Source: Pseudolabrys sp. (GTDB taxonomy: Bacteria > Pseudomonadota > Alphaproteobacteria > Rhizobiales > Xanthobacteraceae). From it: a stretch of DNA of 64,000 nucleotides. Below, piece by piece: positions 43,500 through 53,042 of the stretch. Both the position numbers and the translations under genes were made by a program. The notes beneath the pieces were generated by a model. It was given only the letters and a program-made list of their open reading frames with translations, searched no databases and had not been told where the DNA came from. The DNA lies in NCBI GenBank assembly GCA_009694265.1, contig SHVM01000001.1:29229-93228 (forward strand), given 5' to 3'. Position 1 is the first letter of the stretch; every line of letters begins with the position of its first letter.

Positions 43500-43760
43500 C
43501 GGCGCCTATCGTCGAAATTCGACGGTATCGAATCAAATAAATCGAATCACTTGGCCATCAATCAGCGGCCGCACGCCGGCAAGCATGTGCCGTTATCGTA
43601 CACATGCGAGTCGCGCCACGCGTTCAGCCTTGCTACCGCGAGCGCAATTATTCAGCAGCAGCAAAGGATTTTTCGCTGCCTGTGGCCAGTAATCCACACC
43701 GTTTACCCGTCGTTAACGATAGGGCTTGAAGGCCGCAGGGTTCGTTGCTTCTATTCTCAC

Positions 43761-44273
43761 ATGAGCACGACCCTCATAGAGATTCGCCGCGCCAAGTCAT
43801 CCGATTCGGTGGACATCGCCAACACCCATGACGAGGCATGGCGCGCGGCCTATCAGGGCATCATTCCGGGTAACGAGCTCGACAAGCTGATCAACCGGCG
43901 CGGGCCGGATTGGTGGGACTCGGCCATCCGCAAGGGCAGCCGCATCACTATTCTCCAGTTCGGCGACCGCATCGCCGGTTATGCCAATTACGGGCGCAAC
44001 CGCGCGCGCAGCCTGTTCTATGACGGCGAGGTCTACGAGCTTTACTTACGTCCGGAGTTCCAGGGTCTCGGCTTCGGCCGCCGCCTGTTCACCGCCGCGC
44101 GCAAGGATCTGGTCCAGAGCGGCTTGAAGAGCCTGGTGGTGTGGGCGCTTTCCGATAACGAGCCGGCGATGGAATTCTATCGCGCGCTCGGCGGCCGCGC
44201 GGCCGCGCGCTCGTCCGAGAAATTCGGCACCAAGACGCTAGATAAAGTCGCCTACGCCTGGCAACAGAGCTAA
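43761..44273 (+). CDS. GNAT-family N-acetyltransferase
   Basis: LYLRPEFQGLGFGRRL (motif A), FYRALG. Confidence 0.88.
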   Translation: MSTTLIEIRRAKSSDSVDIANTHDEAWRAAYQGIIPGNELDKLINRRGPDWWDSAIRKGSRITILQFGDRIAGYANYGRNRARSLFYDGEVYELYLRPEFQGLGFGRRLFTAARKDLVQSGLKSLVVWALSDNEPAMEFYRALGGRAAARSSEKFGTKTLDKVAYAWQQS

Positions 44274-44279
44274 GGCGGA

Positions 44280-44879
44280 TTACTGGCCATAAGGGCCGCT
44301 AAAGCCCAGGCCTTTCTTCCCCAACACGACCGGCCTATCGGCACCGCAGCGGAATTTGCGCGCGTGTTCGTCGGCAATTTTCTGCGCCAGCGCGCCGGCA
44401 TCCGGATTGGCTTTGGCGTCAACATAGCCGATGTGACACACGCTGCCCGGCGCGAGGCGGGTCACCACCAGCATCTCGCCCTTCTCCGGTTCATCGCCAC
44501 TGGAGACCGTGGTGCTCCAGCGCATGATGGTGGCAAACGGCTTGAGCTTGTTGTCGGCACCGCACTCGGCGCGCCATTCTATTTTCTCACCTTCGCCATT
44601 GAACGAGGCCAGCGTCTGCTTGGTGGCGGGCTCTTTCTTGGCAGTGCGTCCATAACTCACATAGATGCGCTGATCGCCGGCGCTGACATGCACGGCAATG
44701 CCGCCATAGCCATTGCAGCGCCATTCGCCGTAATCCTCGACATCCTTGCCTGCGGTATGGCGGCATTTGTCGAGATCGAGCGGCGTATACGCACTCTCGA
44801 TAGCCTGCGCTTTGGCCGGCGCGCTGAACAGGCCCGCAGCCACAGCCGCCGCCAGCCCAACGAAAACTTTGCCGAGCAT
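44280..44879 (-). CDS. Exported hypothetical protein
   Basis: Signal peptide (AKA), several Cys. Confidence 0.7.
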   Translation of the reverse strand: MLGKVFVGLAAAVAAGLFSAPAKAQAIESAYTPLDLDKCRHTAGKDVEDYGEWRCNGYGGIAVHVSAGDQRIYVSYGRTAKKEPATKQTLASFNGEGEKIEWRAECGADNKLKPFATIMRWSTTVSSGDEPEKGEMLVVTRLAPGSVCHIGYVDAKANPDAGALAQKIADEHARKFRCGADRPVVLGKKGLGFSGPYGQ

Positions 44880-44880
44880 A

Positions 44881-45774
44881 TTATTTTCCAATCTGTGGCG
44901 CCGGCAGACCCTTCTGCGCGCAGGCGGCCCGCAGCGTGTTTAGCAGCAAGCACGCAATCGTCATAGGCCCGACGCCGCCGGGCACCGGCGTGATGGCGCC
45001 CGCGATTGCCGCGGCTTCGGAAAAAGCGACATCGCCGACGATGCGCGATTTGCCGGCGTGTTGTCCCGCCACGCGATTGATGCCGACATCGATTACGGTC
45101 GCGCCCGGCTTGATCCAGCCGCCGCGCACCATTTCAGGCCGGCCCATTGCTGCCACCAGCAAGTCTGCGCGGCGGCACACTGTTTCAAGATCGCGCGTCT
45201 TGGAATGGACTATCGTCACCGTTGCATTCTCGGCCAGCAGCAATTGCACCAATGGCTTGCCGACAATGTTGGAACGGCCGATCACCACTGCCTCAAGACC
45301 TGCGAGCGAAGCATGCACGGTCTTGGCCAGAAAGATGCAGCCGAGCGGGGTGCACGGCACCAGCGCGGCCACACCGCTGGCGAGCCGGCCGACATTGAGC
45401 GGATGAAATCCATCGACGTCCTTGGCCGGGTCGATGGCCGAAATGACTTTTTGCGAGTCGATCTGCGGCGGCAGCGGAAGTTGCACCAGAATGCCGTTGA
45501 CATTCTCGTCGGCGTTAAGCCGCGCAATCAGATCGAGCAGGCCGGCCTCGCTCACATCCTCCGGCAAATGCTGATCGAACGGGTACATTCCCGCTTCGGT
45601 CACCGCCTTGGACTTGTTGCGAACATAGACTTCGCTGGCGGGATTCTGGCCGACGAGGACAACTGCGAGGCCCGGCACCAGGCCACGGTCGCGGCGCAGG
45701 CGATGCACCGCATCGGTTACGTTACCGCGCAGGCCGGCTGCAATTGTCTTACCGTCGATGATGCGCGCGGTCAT
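44881..45774 (-). CDS. folD: Methylene-THF dehydrogenase/cyclohydrolase
   Basis: [41 protein letters not shown]. Confidence 0.98.
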   Translation of the reverse strand: MTARIIDGKTIAAGLRGNVTDAVHRLRRDRGLVPGLAVVLVGQNPASEVYVRNKSKAVTEAGMYPFDQHLPEDVSEAGLLDLIARLNADENVNGILVQLPLPPQIDSQKVISAIDPAKDVDGFHPLNVGRLASGVAALVPCTPLGCIFLAKTVHASLAGLEAVVIGRSNIVGKPLVQLLLAENATVTIVHSKTRDLETVCRRADLLVAAMGRPEMVRGGWIKPGATVIDVGINRVAGQHAGKSRIVGDVAFSEAAAIAGAITPVPGGVGPMTIACLLLNTLRAACAQKGLPAPQIGK

Positions 45775-45783
45775 AGATAATTG

Positions 45784-46107
45784 TTAGCCTGTCGCGACCA
45801 TCTTCTCCAGCGCCGCAATCAGCCTGGGCGGATCGCCCGAAATGGCGAGCCGTTTGACGCGAGCCGTGGCCCCCGCAATCAGCGCGACGTCGCGCGGTGG
45901 GACACCCGCCGCCTTGGCGATCAGCCGGCACAGCGCCTCATTGGCCGCGCCCTCGCTCGGTGCCGCGCGTACCCTGGTTTTGAGGACAGCGCGCCCATCC
46001 GCCAGGGTTTCGATGCCGCCGATGGCGTCGCGGCCACCCTTGGGCGTCAGCCGCACAGAAAGCGCGACGCCGCCGGCGGTCGCCGACCACGGCCTCGGTG
46101 CAGCCAC
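45784..46107 (-). CDS. DUF167/YggU family protein
   Basis: VRAAPSEGAANEAL, GATARVK; likely GTG start just after the yggT stop. Confidence 0.85.
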   Translation of the reverse strand: MAAPRPWSATAGGVALSVRLTPKGGRDAIGGIETLADGRAVLKTRVRAAPSEGAANEALCRLIAKAAGVPPRDVALIAGATARVKRLAISGDPPRLIAALEKMVATG

Positions 46108-46108
46108 G

Positions 46109-46399
46109 TTAGAAGACGTTCGGATATATGTACCGAACGATGACATTTTCCAGAAGCAGGATGAGCAGGATCAGGATCACCGGCGACACGTCGATGCCGC
46201 CAAGATTTGGCATCATCGAGCGGATCGGCCGCAGCGCCGGCTCGGTGAGGCGGAAGAGAAAATCGGCCCCCATGGCCACCACCTGATTGCGGGTGTTGAC
46301 CACGTTGAAGGCAATCAGCCAGGAGAGAACCGCGGAGGCGATCAGGAGCCAAATATAAATCTGCAAAACCAGCAGAACGATATCGAGAATAGCGCGCAT
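46109..46399 (-). CDS. YggT family membrane protein
   Basis: LTEPALRPIR, GGIDVSP. Confidence 0.92.
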   Translation of the reverse strand: MRAILDIVLLVLQIYIWLLIASAVLSWLIAFNVVNTRNQVVAMGADFLFRLTEPALRPIRSMMPNLGGIDVSPVILILLILLLENVIVRYIYPNVF

Positions 46400-46480
46400 G
46401 AGTGTTCGCCCGTTTGAAAGGTGGGCGGAAACTAGCCGGTCGCATGGCCTTGAACAAGGCGGGCCTGCCGTGCCGTATCC

Positions 46481-46509
46481 TTGACAGGGCAGACTCCTGG
46501 TCCTAAATG
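46481..46509 (+). promoter_or_regulatory. Putative sigma70 promoter for tRNA-Ala
   Basis: TTGACA-N17-TAAATG about 55 nt upstream of the tRNA. Confidence 0.55.
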
Positions 46510-46562
46510 GCGCCCACTTGCCTGGAATTGCGCGCAACGGCTGCGTTGTCGTTGCATTTGGC

Positions 46563-46638
<76 letters not shown>

Positions 46639-46689
46639 CCCGCCTTCGCTGAAGCTTCGGCGGGCACGTTGCCCGGGCGCTTCCGCGGC

Positions 46690-47397
46690 TCATGACGCGG
46701 CTTCTGCCGGCTTGCGGCCGATCCAATGATCGATGAAGGCGGCCAGCCAATTGCGCGAGGCATGATCGTGTACCGCGCGGCCGGAAACGTGATCGGCACG
46801 CGGCTTGGCGCCGGGAAGTTCCAGACGATGGGCGCCGCGCACCAGCCAGCGATACATCATGGCATGCGTGACCTCGGGATGAAACTGCAGCGCATATCCG
46901 CTCCCGTAGCGGAACGCCTGCACCGAGAACGCATCGCCCTCGGCCAGCAGTTCGCCGCCGGACGGCAGGTCAAAGCCTTCGCGATGCCATTGATAGACGT
47001 GATCCGGCCAATCGCTACAGATACCGCGCCCCGCTTGCGTCGGACGGATCGGATAATAGCCGCACTCGGCATGGCCGTCGGGATGCGGTGAGACGCGTCC
47101 GCCAAGATGGTGCGCCATCATCTGCGCGCCGAGACAAATCCCCAGATAAGGCTTGTTGTCGCGCAGCGGCACGCCGATCCAGTCGATCTCACGGCGGACG
47201 AAATCCTCATTGTCGTTGGCGCTTTGCGGGCCGCCGAAAATCACGGCGCCGGAATGCCCGTCCATCGTCTCCGGCAGCGGGTCGCCGAAACGCGGCCGTC
47301 TGATATCGAGCGGATAGCCGAGCTTGCCCAGCACCTGGCCGACGCGGCCGGGCGAAGAATGTTCCTGGTGGAGAATGAGAAGGACCGGCTTCGGCAT
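46690..47397 (-). CDS. Class I glutamine amidotransferase-like protein
   Basis: LGICLGAQ and QFHPE (Cys-His-Glu triad). Confidence 0.9.
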   Translation of the reverse strand: MPKPVLLILHQEHSSPGRVGQVLGKLGYPLDIRRPRFGDPLPETMDGHSGAVIFGGPQSANDNEDFVRREIDWIGVPLRDNKPYLGICLGAQMMAHHLGGRVSPHPDGHAECGYYPIRPTQAGRGICSDWPDHVYQWHREGFDLPSGGELLAEGDAFSVQAFRYGSGYALQFHPEVTHAMMYRWLVRGAHRLELPGAKPRADHVSGRAVHDHASRNWLAAFIDHWIGRKPAEAAS

Positions 47398-47467
47398 GGC
47401 GGTATTCACGAGTACTAACCGCTTCGCCAGCGTTTGCAATATGCGCCGCGCGAGACGTTTTGCCGGC

Positions 47468-47512
47468 GCATGATCTTTTCCGAAAACCGGTGCACCCTTT
47501 TCGGGATCATGC
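47468..47512. repeat. 45-bp palindromic intergenic repeat, copy 2
   Basis: GCATGATCTTTTCCGAAAACCGGTGCACCCTTTTCGGGATCATGC; contains the SDR stop codon. Confidence 0.85.
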
Positions 47513-48313
47513 GCTATGTCCGCTGCGCGACCTGCGCCGGCTCTGTCGGGAATCCACGAATCTCAGCAGCAGGCGACGCGGGACGATGCGTATCAGGACA
47601 GCGATCAGCTTGTTGGCCAGTCCCGGCACCACTGTCCGGCGCCCCCGCATCAAGCCGCGATAGCCCGCCTCGGCGACGCTCGTAGCACTCTGGGTCAGCA
47701 TGCCGGGCGCCAGCCCGCCACTGACGCCGGCACGCGCCGCAAATTCGGTCGGCACCGGGCCCGGGCAAAGCACGGTGACCCGAATCCCGCGCGGCTTGAG
47801 CTCGCTGTGCAGCGCCTCGCTGAACGACAGCACATAGGCCTTGGTGGCGTAATAAACCGCCATGCCGGGCCCGGGCAGGAAGCCAGCCATCGAACCGACA
47901 TTGAGAATACCGCCGTGATGCCGCTCCAGACTGTCGACGAAGGCGAGCGAGAGTTCCGTGAGCGCGCACACATTAAGGTCGATCATCGCCAGCTGCTCGC
48001 CGCGGTCGCGCGAGGCGGCCAAACCTACCAGCCCGAAGCCGGCATTGTTGACCACGAATTGCGGCTCGGCGCCTTTCGCCGCCAGCGCCTCGCCAATCCG
48101 GCGGGCGGCACCGGCTTGAGCAAGATCGGCCACAATGACGATCGGCTTGGGCGCGCCGGTGGCGGCGATCTCATCGGCAAGCTGGCTCAAGCGGTCCTCG
48201 CGCCGCGCGACCAGCGCCAGCTCATAGCCGTTGCGCGCGAATATGCGCGCCAGCGCCACGCCGATGCCGGCGGACGCTCCGGTGATGACAGTGATCGGCC
48301 GCAATCCGCTCAT
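47507..48313 (-). CDS. Short-chain dehydrogenase/reductase
   Basis: TGASAGIG, NNAG, YYATK (YxxxK). Confidence 0.93.
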   Translation of the reverse strand: MSGLRPITVITGASAGIGVALARIFARNGYELALVARREDRLSQLADEIAATGAPKPIVIVADLAQAGAARRIGEALAAKGAEPQFVVNNAGFGLVGLAASRDRGEQLAMIDLNVCALTELSLAFVDSLERHHGGILNVGSMAGFLPGPGMAVYYATKAYVLSFSEALHSELKPRGIRVTVLCPGPVPTEFAARAGVSGGLAPGMLTQSATSVAEAGYRGLMRGRRTVVPGLANKLIAVLIRIVPRRLLLRFVDSRQSRRRSRSGHSA

Positions 48314-48472
48314 CGGCTTTCCTTAGCGTCTAGGCGACCGGCAAGCAAACCGTGGCGTGAAATGGAGCGGGCAGATCCGCTTTGGCTCGTTGCATGAACG
48401 GTGAGTCTCCAGACATGCGCGATAGACATGCGCGACCACCGCGCTATAAGGGTTTTCCGGGAGAAGCCGCCG

Positions 48473-49132
48473 ATGTCTAAACCGCGCATTAGCTATGTCG
48501 ATCCAGCGACGGTCAAAGACCCCGACATGATCGCCGAGTTCGAACGTTGCGCGCGCGAGGGAACGCCACGGCCGGAAAGCCAAGCCATCCGCGCCCATGT
48601 GCCGGCGGCGTTCTGGTCGTTCGCCAATACCTGGCGCGACGTCTTCAAGAACGGCGTTGCCGATCACAAGATCAAGGAGCTATGCCGCATCTATGTCTCG
48701 CGCTCGGTGATGTGCGAGTTCTGCGGCAATCAGCGCTCGATCAAGGCCGCCAAGTCCGGACTGAAGGAAAACGACTATTCCGATCTGATCAATTTTGAAA
48801 GCTCAACACTCTACGACGAGCGGCAGAAGGCGGCCTTATCCTATGCCGAGGCGATCACCTGGGATCTGCCGTGCGACGACGCGTTCTGGGCGCGGCTGCA
48901 CAAGAATTTCAGCGAGCCCGAACTGGTCGAGATAGGCTATTTCGTCGCCATCACCATGGGACAGCAGCGCTGGCTGCGCACGCTGAATATCGAGCATCAC
49001 CAGATACTCGCAGGCCAGGACGGCTCGATGGCGCCGGGCTTCGAAACTGAAGAGGCCCTCAAGCGTTCAAAGCAGGCCGCCGACTACTGGGTCAAGATCA
49101 ACGCAAAACAATCAACGCGGGCTGCTGAGTGA
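48473..49132 (+). CDS. AhpD/carboxymuconolactone decarboxylase-like protein
   Basis: KELCRIYVSRSVMCEFC (CxxC), DERQKAALSYAE, FSEPELVE. Confidence 0.75.
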   Translation: MSKPRISYVDPATVKDPDMIAEFERCAREGTPRPESQAIRAHVPAAFWSFANTWRDVFKNGVADHKIKELCRIYVSRSVMCEFCGNQRSIKAAKSGLKENDYSDLINFESSTLYDERQKAALSYAEAITWDLPCDDAFWARLHKNFSEPELVEIGYFVAITMGQQRWLRTLNIEHHQILAGQDGSMAPGFETEEALKRSKQAADYWVKINAKQSTRAAE

Positions 49133-49968
49133 CAAACCAGCAAACAGCGTCATCCGCCACACGCCCGGCCATCGGCGCACGCATTGCCGGCGCCGAGCCG
49201 CGCATTCGCGTCCGCGGACTGGGCAAGCATTACGGCACGCTCGAAGTGTTCCGCAACATCGACTTCGATGTCGGCGAGCGTGAGATTGTCGCCGTCGTTG
49301 GACCGTCCGGCTGCGGCAAGACCACCCTGCTGCGCTGCGTCGACGGACTGCTGCCGTTCGATGCCGGCGAGGTACTGGTCGGCCAACAGCGCGTCACCGA
49401 GCCGATCGCCGGCGTCGCCATGGTGTTCCAGCATTTCGGCCTATTTCCCTGGAAGACCGTCTTCGAGAACGTCGCCTATGGTCTGCGCATGGCCGGTGCG
49501 CCGAAAGCGGTGATCGAGCGCAAGGTGCCGGAGTTCATTAAGCTGGTCGGCTTGAGCGGCTTCGAGACGGCATTCCCGTATCAGATGTCCGGCGGCATGC
49601 AACAGCGTTGCGGGCTCGCCCGCGCGCTCGCCATCGAGCCGAATGTGCTGCTGATGGACGAGCCTTTTGCCGCGGTGGACGCCCAGACGCGCGAAATACT
49701 TCAATTCGAGTTGCTGCGCATTTGGGAAGAGCGACCGACCGCCATGATTTTCGTCACTCACTCGATCGAGGAAGCGGTGCTGCTCGGCCATCGGGTCATC
49801 GTGCTCAAGGGCAGGCCCTCAAGCATCCACGAGACCATCCCCATCAATCTGCCGCATCCGCGCACCCGCGAGACCTTGCGCGAGCCGCGTTTTGCCGAAC
49901 TGCGCGAGCAGGTGTGGGGCACCTTAATGCGGGAAGCACGCGAAGCCGAATTCGTTCTCGAACGTTAA
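49129..49968 (+). CDS. ABC ATPase, NitT/TauB family (no adjacent SBP or permease)
   Basis: GPSGCGKT, MSGGMQQR, LMDEPF, VTHSIEEA; GTGA overlap. Confidence 0.92.
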   Translation: MTNQQTASSATRPAIGARIAGAEPRIRVRGLGKHYGTLEVFRNIDFDVGEREIVAVVGPSGCGKTTLLRCVDGLLPFDAGEVLVGQQRVTEPIAGVAMVFQHFGLFPWKTVFENVAYGLRMAGAPKAVIERKVPEFIKLVGLSGFETAFPYQMSGGMQQRCGLARALAIEPNVLLMDEPFAAVDAQTREILQFELLRIWEERPTAMIFVTHSIEEAVLLGHRVIVLKGRPSSIHETIPINLPHPRTRETLREPRFAELREQVWGTLMREAREAEFVLER

Positions 49969-49994
49969 ACCCCACCCACGCAGATTTATCGCCC

Positions 49995-51056
49995 ATGGCC
50001 CCCGACCCCTTGCTCAAGGCTGCGATTGCGCATTGGGGCCCGCGCTTCGTTGCCAATGGCGTCGTGCTCACCGATTTCGAGGAAGTCGCCGGCTCGCTGA
50101 CGAGCTATAGCGGCTGGTGCCGGGCCTGGTCGGAGCGCGCCGCGCATCACGAGAAGCTAGGGCGCGAGGCGCTGGCGCATAAGCACTTTCTCACCGCCGG
50201 CGAATGCCTGCAGCGCGCCGGCGTCTACTATCACTTCGCCTCGTTCCTGTTCGTGAACGACGTGCCGCAGATGAAAGTCGCGCACAAAAAGCAGATCGAA
50301 TGCCGCCAGGCGGCGCTTCCGCACTTAAGACCGCCCGGCGAACGCGTCGAGATTCCCTATCAAGGCAAGACGCTGGCCGGCATCCTGCGCAAGCCAGCGG
50401 GCATCGATAAACCGCCGGTGGTGGTGATGGCGGTCGGTCTCGACTCGACCAAAGAGGAAGGTGACGCTTATGAGGCGCCGTTTCTGGCGCGCGGCGTTGC
50501 GACGCTGATTTTCGAAGGACCCGGCCAGGGCGAGGCGCAATATGACTTCGCCATTCGCGGCGACTACGAAGTGCCGGTCAAATTCGTGCTCGATTTCGTC
50601 GGCACCCGGCGCGATCTCGATGCTGAGCGCATCGGCATGTGGGGCGTGAGCCTGGGCGGCTATTACGCGCCGCGCGCGGCGGCCTTCGACAAGCGCATCA
50701 GGGCCTGCATCGCGCTCGGCGGCCCATTCAATTGGGGCGCCAATTGGGACAATCTGCCGGAATTGACGCGCGAAGCGTTCCGCGTGCGCAGCCATTGCCG
50801 GACCGACGAGGACGCGCGCAAGAACGCCAACACGCTGTCGCTGGAAGGCGTGGCAAGAAACATCACCTGTCCCCTATTTATCGTGAATGGGCGGCTCGAC
50901 CGCATCGTGCCGGCGGCCGACGCCGAGCGTCTGGCGCGCGAGGTCACGGGGCCGGTCGAGCTGATGATGATCGAGGACGGCAACCACATCGCCACCAACC
51001 GCGCCTATCGCTGGCGCTCGCAGAGCGCCGATTGGATGAAGGAACAGCTAAAGTAG
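49995..51056 (+). CDS. Alpha/beta hydrolase, 2,6-dihydroxypseudooxynicotine hydrolase-like
   Basis: GLDSTKEE, EGPGQGE, GVSLGG nucleophile elbow, C-terminal DGNH; recognisable similarity to the Arthrobacter DHPON hydrolase sequence as recalled. Confidence 0.8.
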   Translation: MAPDPLLKAAIAHWGPRFVANGVVLTDFEEVAGSLTSYSGWCRAWSERAAHHEKLGREALAHKHFLTAGECLQRAGVYYHFASFLFVNDVPQMKVAHKKQIECRQAALPHLRPPGERVEIPYQGKTLAGILRKPAGIDKPPVVVMAVGLDSTKEEGDAYEAPFLARGVATLIFEGPGQGEAQYDFAIRGDYEVPVKFVLDFVGTRRDLDAERIGMWGVSLGGYYAPRAAAFDKRIRACIALGGPFNWGANWDNLPELTREAFRVRSHCRTDEDARKNANTLSLEGVARNITCPLFIVNGRLDRIVPAADAERLAREVTGPVELMMIEDGNHIATNRAYRWRSQSADWMKEQLK

Positions 51057-51080
51057 GCAGGGCCCTCGCCACGCACCGTT

Positions 51081-51106
51081 GTCATGCCCGCGTAGGCGGG
51101 CATGAC
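51081..51106. repeat. Perfect hairpin, a minimal REP-like element or bidirectional terminator
   Basis: GTCATGCCCGC-GTAG-GCGGGCATGAC between convergent genes. Confidence 0.75.
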
Positions 51107-51109
51107 AGG

Positions 51110-51565
51110 CTACGCCTTCTTCGGCAGCGCCACGATCATGTCGAGCTCGATGCGCGCGCCCGGCGACGACAGCTGATTGATGCACACCGTTGTGCTCGCC
51201 GGCCGCCAATCGCCGAAATATTTGGCCATGGTGGCGTGCATGGCGTCGGCTTCGCGGAAATCGGTGAGATATTTCGTCACCTTCACCACGTCGCGCCAGC
51301 TGGCGCCGGTATGATCGAGGATCGACTTGATCGCCTCCATCGCCCGCGTGGTCTGCTCCTCGATCGAATGCGGATGCACATGTTCGGCGTCCACATGCGG
51401 GTGCTTGTGATAGAGCGGCGACGGCGTCGCGCCCGACAGGAACATCAGATCGCAGGCGCCGACGATGTGCACCGCCGGCGCGTAAGGCATGGTGTGCGCC
51501 TGCTCCGGTTTCGGGTGGACGGGCTCGAGCTTGAAATTCGTTGGCTGCTTGGGGTTGATGTTCAT
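51110..51565 (-). CDS. Rid (YjgF/YER057c/UK114) family protein, paralog 1
   Basis: MFLSG, DVVKVTKYLTD, PAST, IELDMIV; His-rich insert. Confidence 0.88.
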   Translation of the reverse strand: MNINPKQPTNFKLEPVHPKPEQAHTMPYAPAVHIVGACDLMFLSGATPSPLYHKHPHVDAEHVHPHSIEEQTTRAMEAIKSILDHTGASWRDVVKVTKYLTDFREADAMHATMAKYFGDWRPASTTVCINQLSSPGARIELDMIVALPKKA

Positions 51566-51689
51566 GCGGGCCTCCCTAGCGGACCGGTAATTTGGGGCCA
51601 AACGCGCTTAGGCGCAACGGGCTATCCTTGAGTTGATCCACCCGTAAGAAGCGCTAACCTGCGCGCCAACACGGCCCCAGGAGACCCGA

Positions 51690-53042
51690 ATGCCTTCCAC
51701 GATCCTCGATTCAGCGGTGTTCCGCGATATTTTCACCACGCCGGCGATGCGGGCCGTGTTCTCGGACGAGAACCGCGTACAGAAATATCTCGATTTCGAG
51801 GCAGCGCTCGCCCGCGCGCAAGGCCGGCTCGGGATCATTCCGAAGCAAGCAGCCGAAGAAATCGTGCGCCACTGCTCGGCCGACAAGATCGACATGGCCA
51901 AGCTCAAGAAAGCGACCGAACGGATCGGCTACCCGGTGCTTCCGGTCGTCCAGCAGCTGGTGAAGCTGTGCAAGGACGGTCTCGGCGAATGGAGCCATTG
52001 GGGCGCTACCACGCAGGACATCACCGACAGCGCCACCGTCATGCAGATCCGCGAAGCGCTCGATATCGTCGAAAAAGAAATCGACGGCATTTCCGATGCG
52101 CTGGCCGCGCTCGCGAAAAAATACCGCGACACGCCGATGGCCGGACGCAGCAATCTGCAACAGGCGGTGCCGATCACCTTCGGCTACAAGATGGCGACCA
52201 TGCTTGCCGCTTTCGAGCGCCACAAGCAGCGCTTGGCGGAGCTGCGCCCGCGCGTGCTGGTCGGCGAATTCGGCGGCGCCACCGGCACCTTGTCGTCGCT
52301 CGGCAAGGACGGCTTGAAAGTACAAGTCGAGTTGATGAAGGAGCTCAAGCTCGGCCAGCCGGCGATTTCCTGGCACACGGTGCGCGACTGTATCGCCGAG
52401 GTCGGCTGCTTCCTTGGGCTGGTCACCGGAAGCTGCGGCAAGATCGCCTTCGACGTGAAGCTGCTGATGCAGACCGAGGTGGAAGAGGTCTACGAGCCGT
52501 TCCACGAAGGCCGCGGCTCATCCAGCACCATGCCGCAGAAGCGCAACCCGATCTCAAGCGTCTACATCACCGCGCAGACCGCGATGGTGCGCCAGCTGGT
52601 CGCCGCGTTGCTGGAAGCGATGATCGAGGATCACGAACGCGCCACCGGCCCGTGGGAGATCGAATGGATTGCGCTGCCGGAAATCTTCATGCTGTCGGCC
52701 GGCGCGCTGGCGCAGACGCGATTCATGGTGAGCGGCCTGCAGGTGAACGAAAAGAAAATGCGCGAGAACCTCGACATCACCAAAGGGCTGATCATGTCGG
52801 AAGCGGTGATGATGGGCCTGGGCGCCGCGCTCGGCCGCAACAAAGCGCATGATCTCGTCTATGACATCTGCCGCGAGGTGGCGAAGACCGGTCGTCCGCT
52901 GATCGATCTGCTCGCCGAGAATAAAGAGATCGGCAAGCACGCCGACCGCAAGGCGCTCGAAGCGCTGGTCGATCCGGCCAATTACCTCGGCGTTGCCGGC
53001 GAGATGGTCGATCGCGTGCTGGCGATGCGAAAAAAGGGCTAG
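51690..53042 (+). CDS. Fumarase/aspartase-superfamily lyase, PcaB (3-carboxy-cis,cis-muconate cycloisomerase)-like
   Basis: HWGATTQDITD, GRSNLQQA, SSTMPQKRNP signature, DHERATGPW. Confidence 0.82.
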   Translation: MPSTILDSAVFRDIFTTPAMRAVFSDENRVQKYLDFEAALARAQGRLGIIPKQAAEEIVRHCSADKIDMAKLKKATERIGYPVLPVVQQLVKLCKDGLGEWSHWGATTQDITDSATVMQIREALDIVEKEIDGISDALAALAKKYRDTPMAGRSNLQQAVPITFGYKMATMLAAFERHKQRLAELRPRVLVGEFGGATGTLSSLGKDGLKVQVELMKELKLGQPAISWHTVRDCIAEVGCFLGLVTGSCGKIAFDVKLLMQTEVEEVYEPFHEGRGSSSTMPQKRNPISSVYITAQTAMVRQLVAALLEAMIEDHERATGPWEIEWIALPEIFMLSAGALAQTRFMVSGLQVNEKKMRENLDITKGLIMSEAVMMGLGAALGRNKAHDLVYDICREVAKTGRPLIDLLAENKEIGKHADRKALEALVDPANYLGVAGEMVDRVLAMRKKG

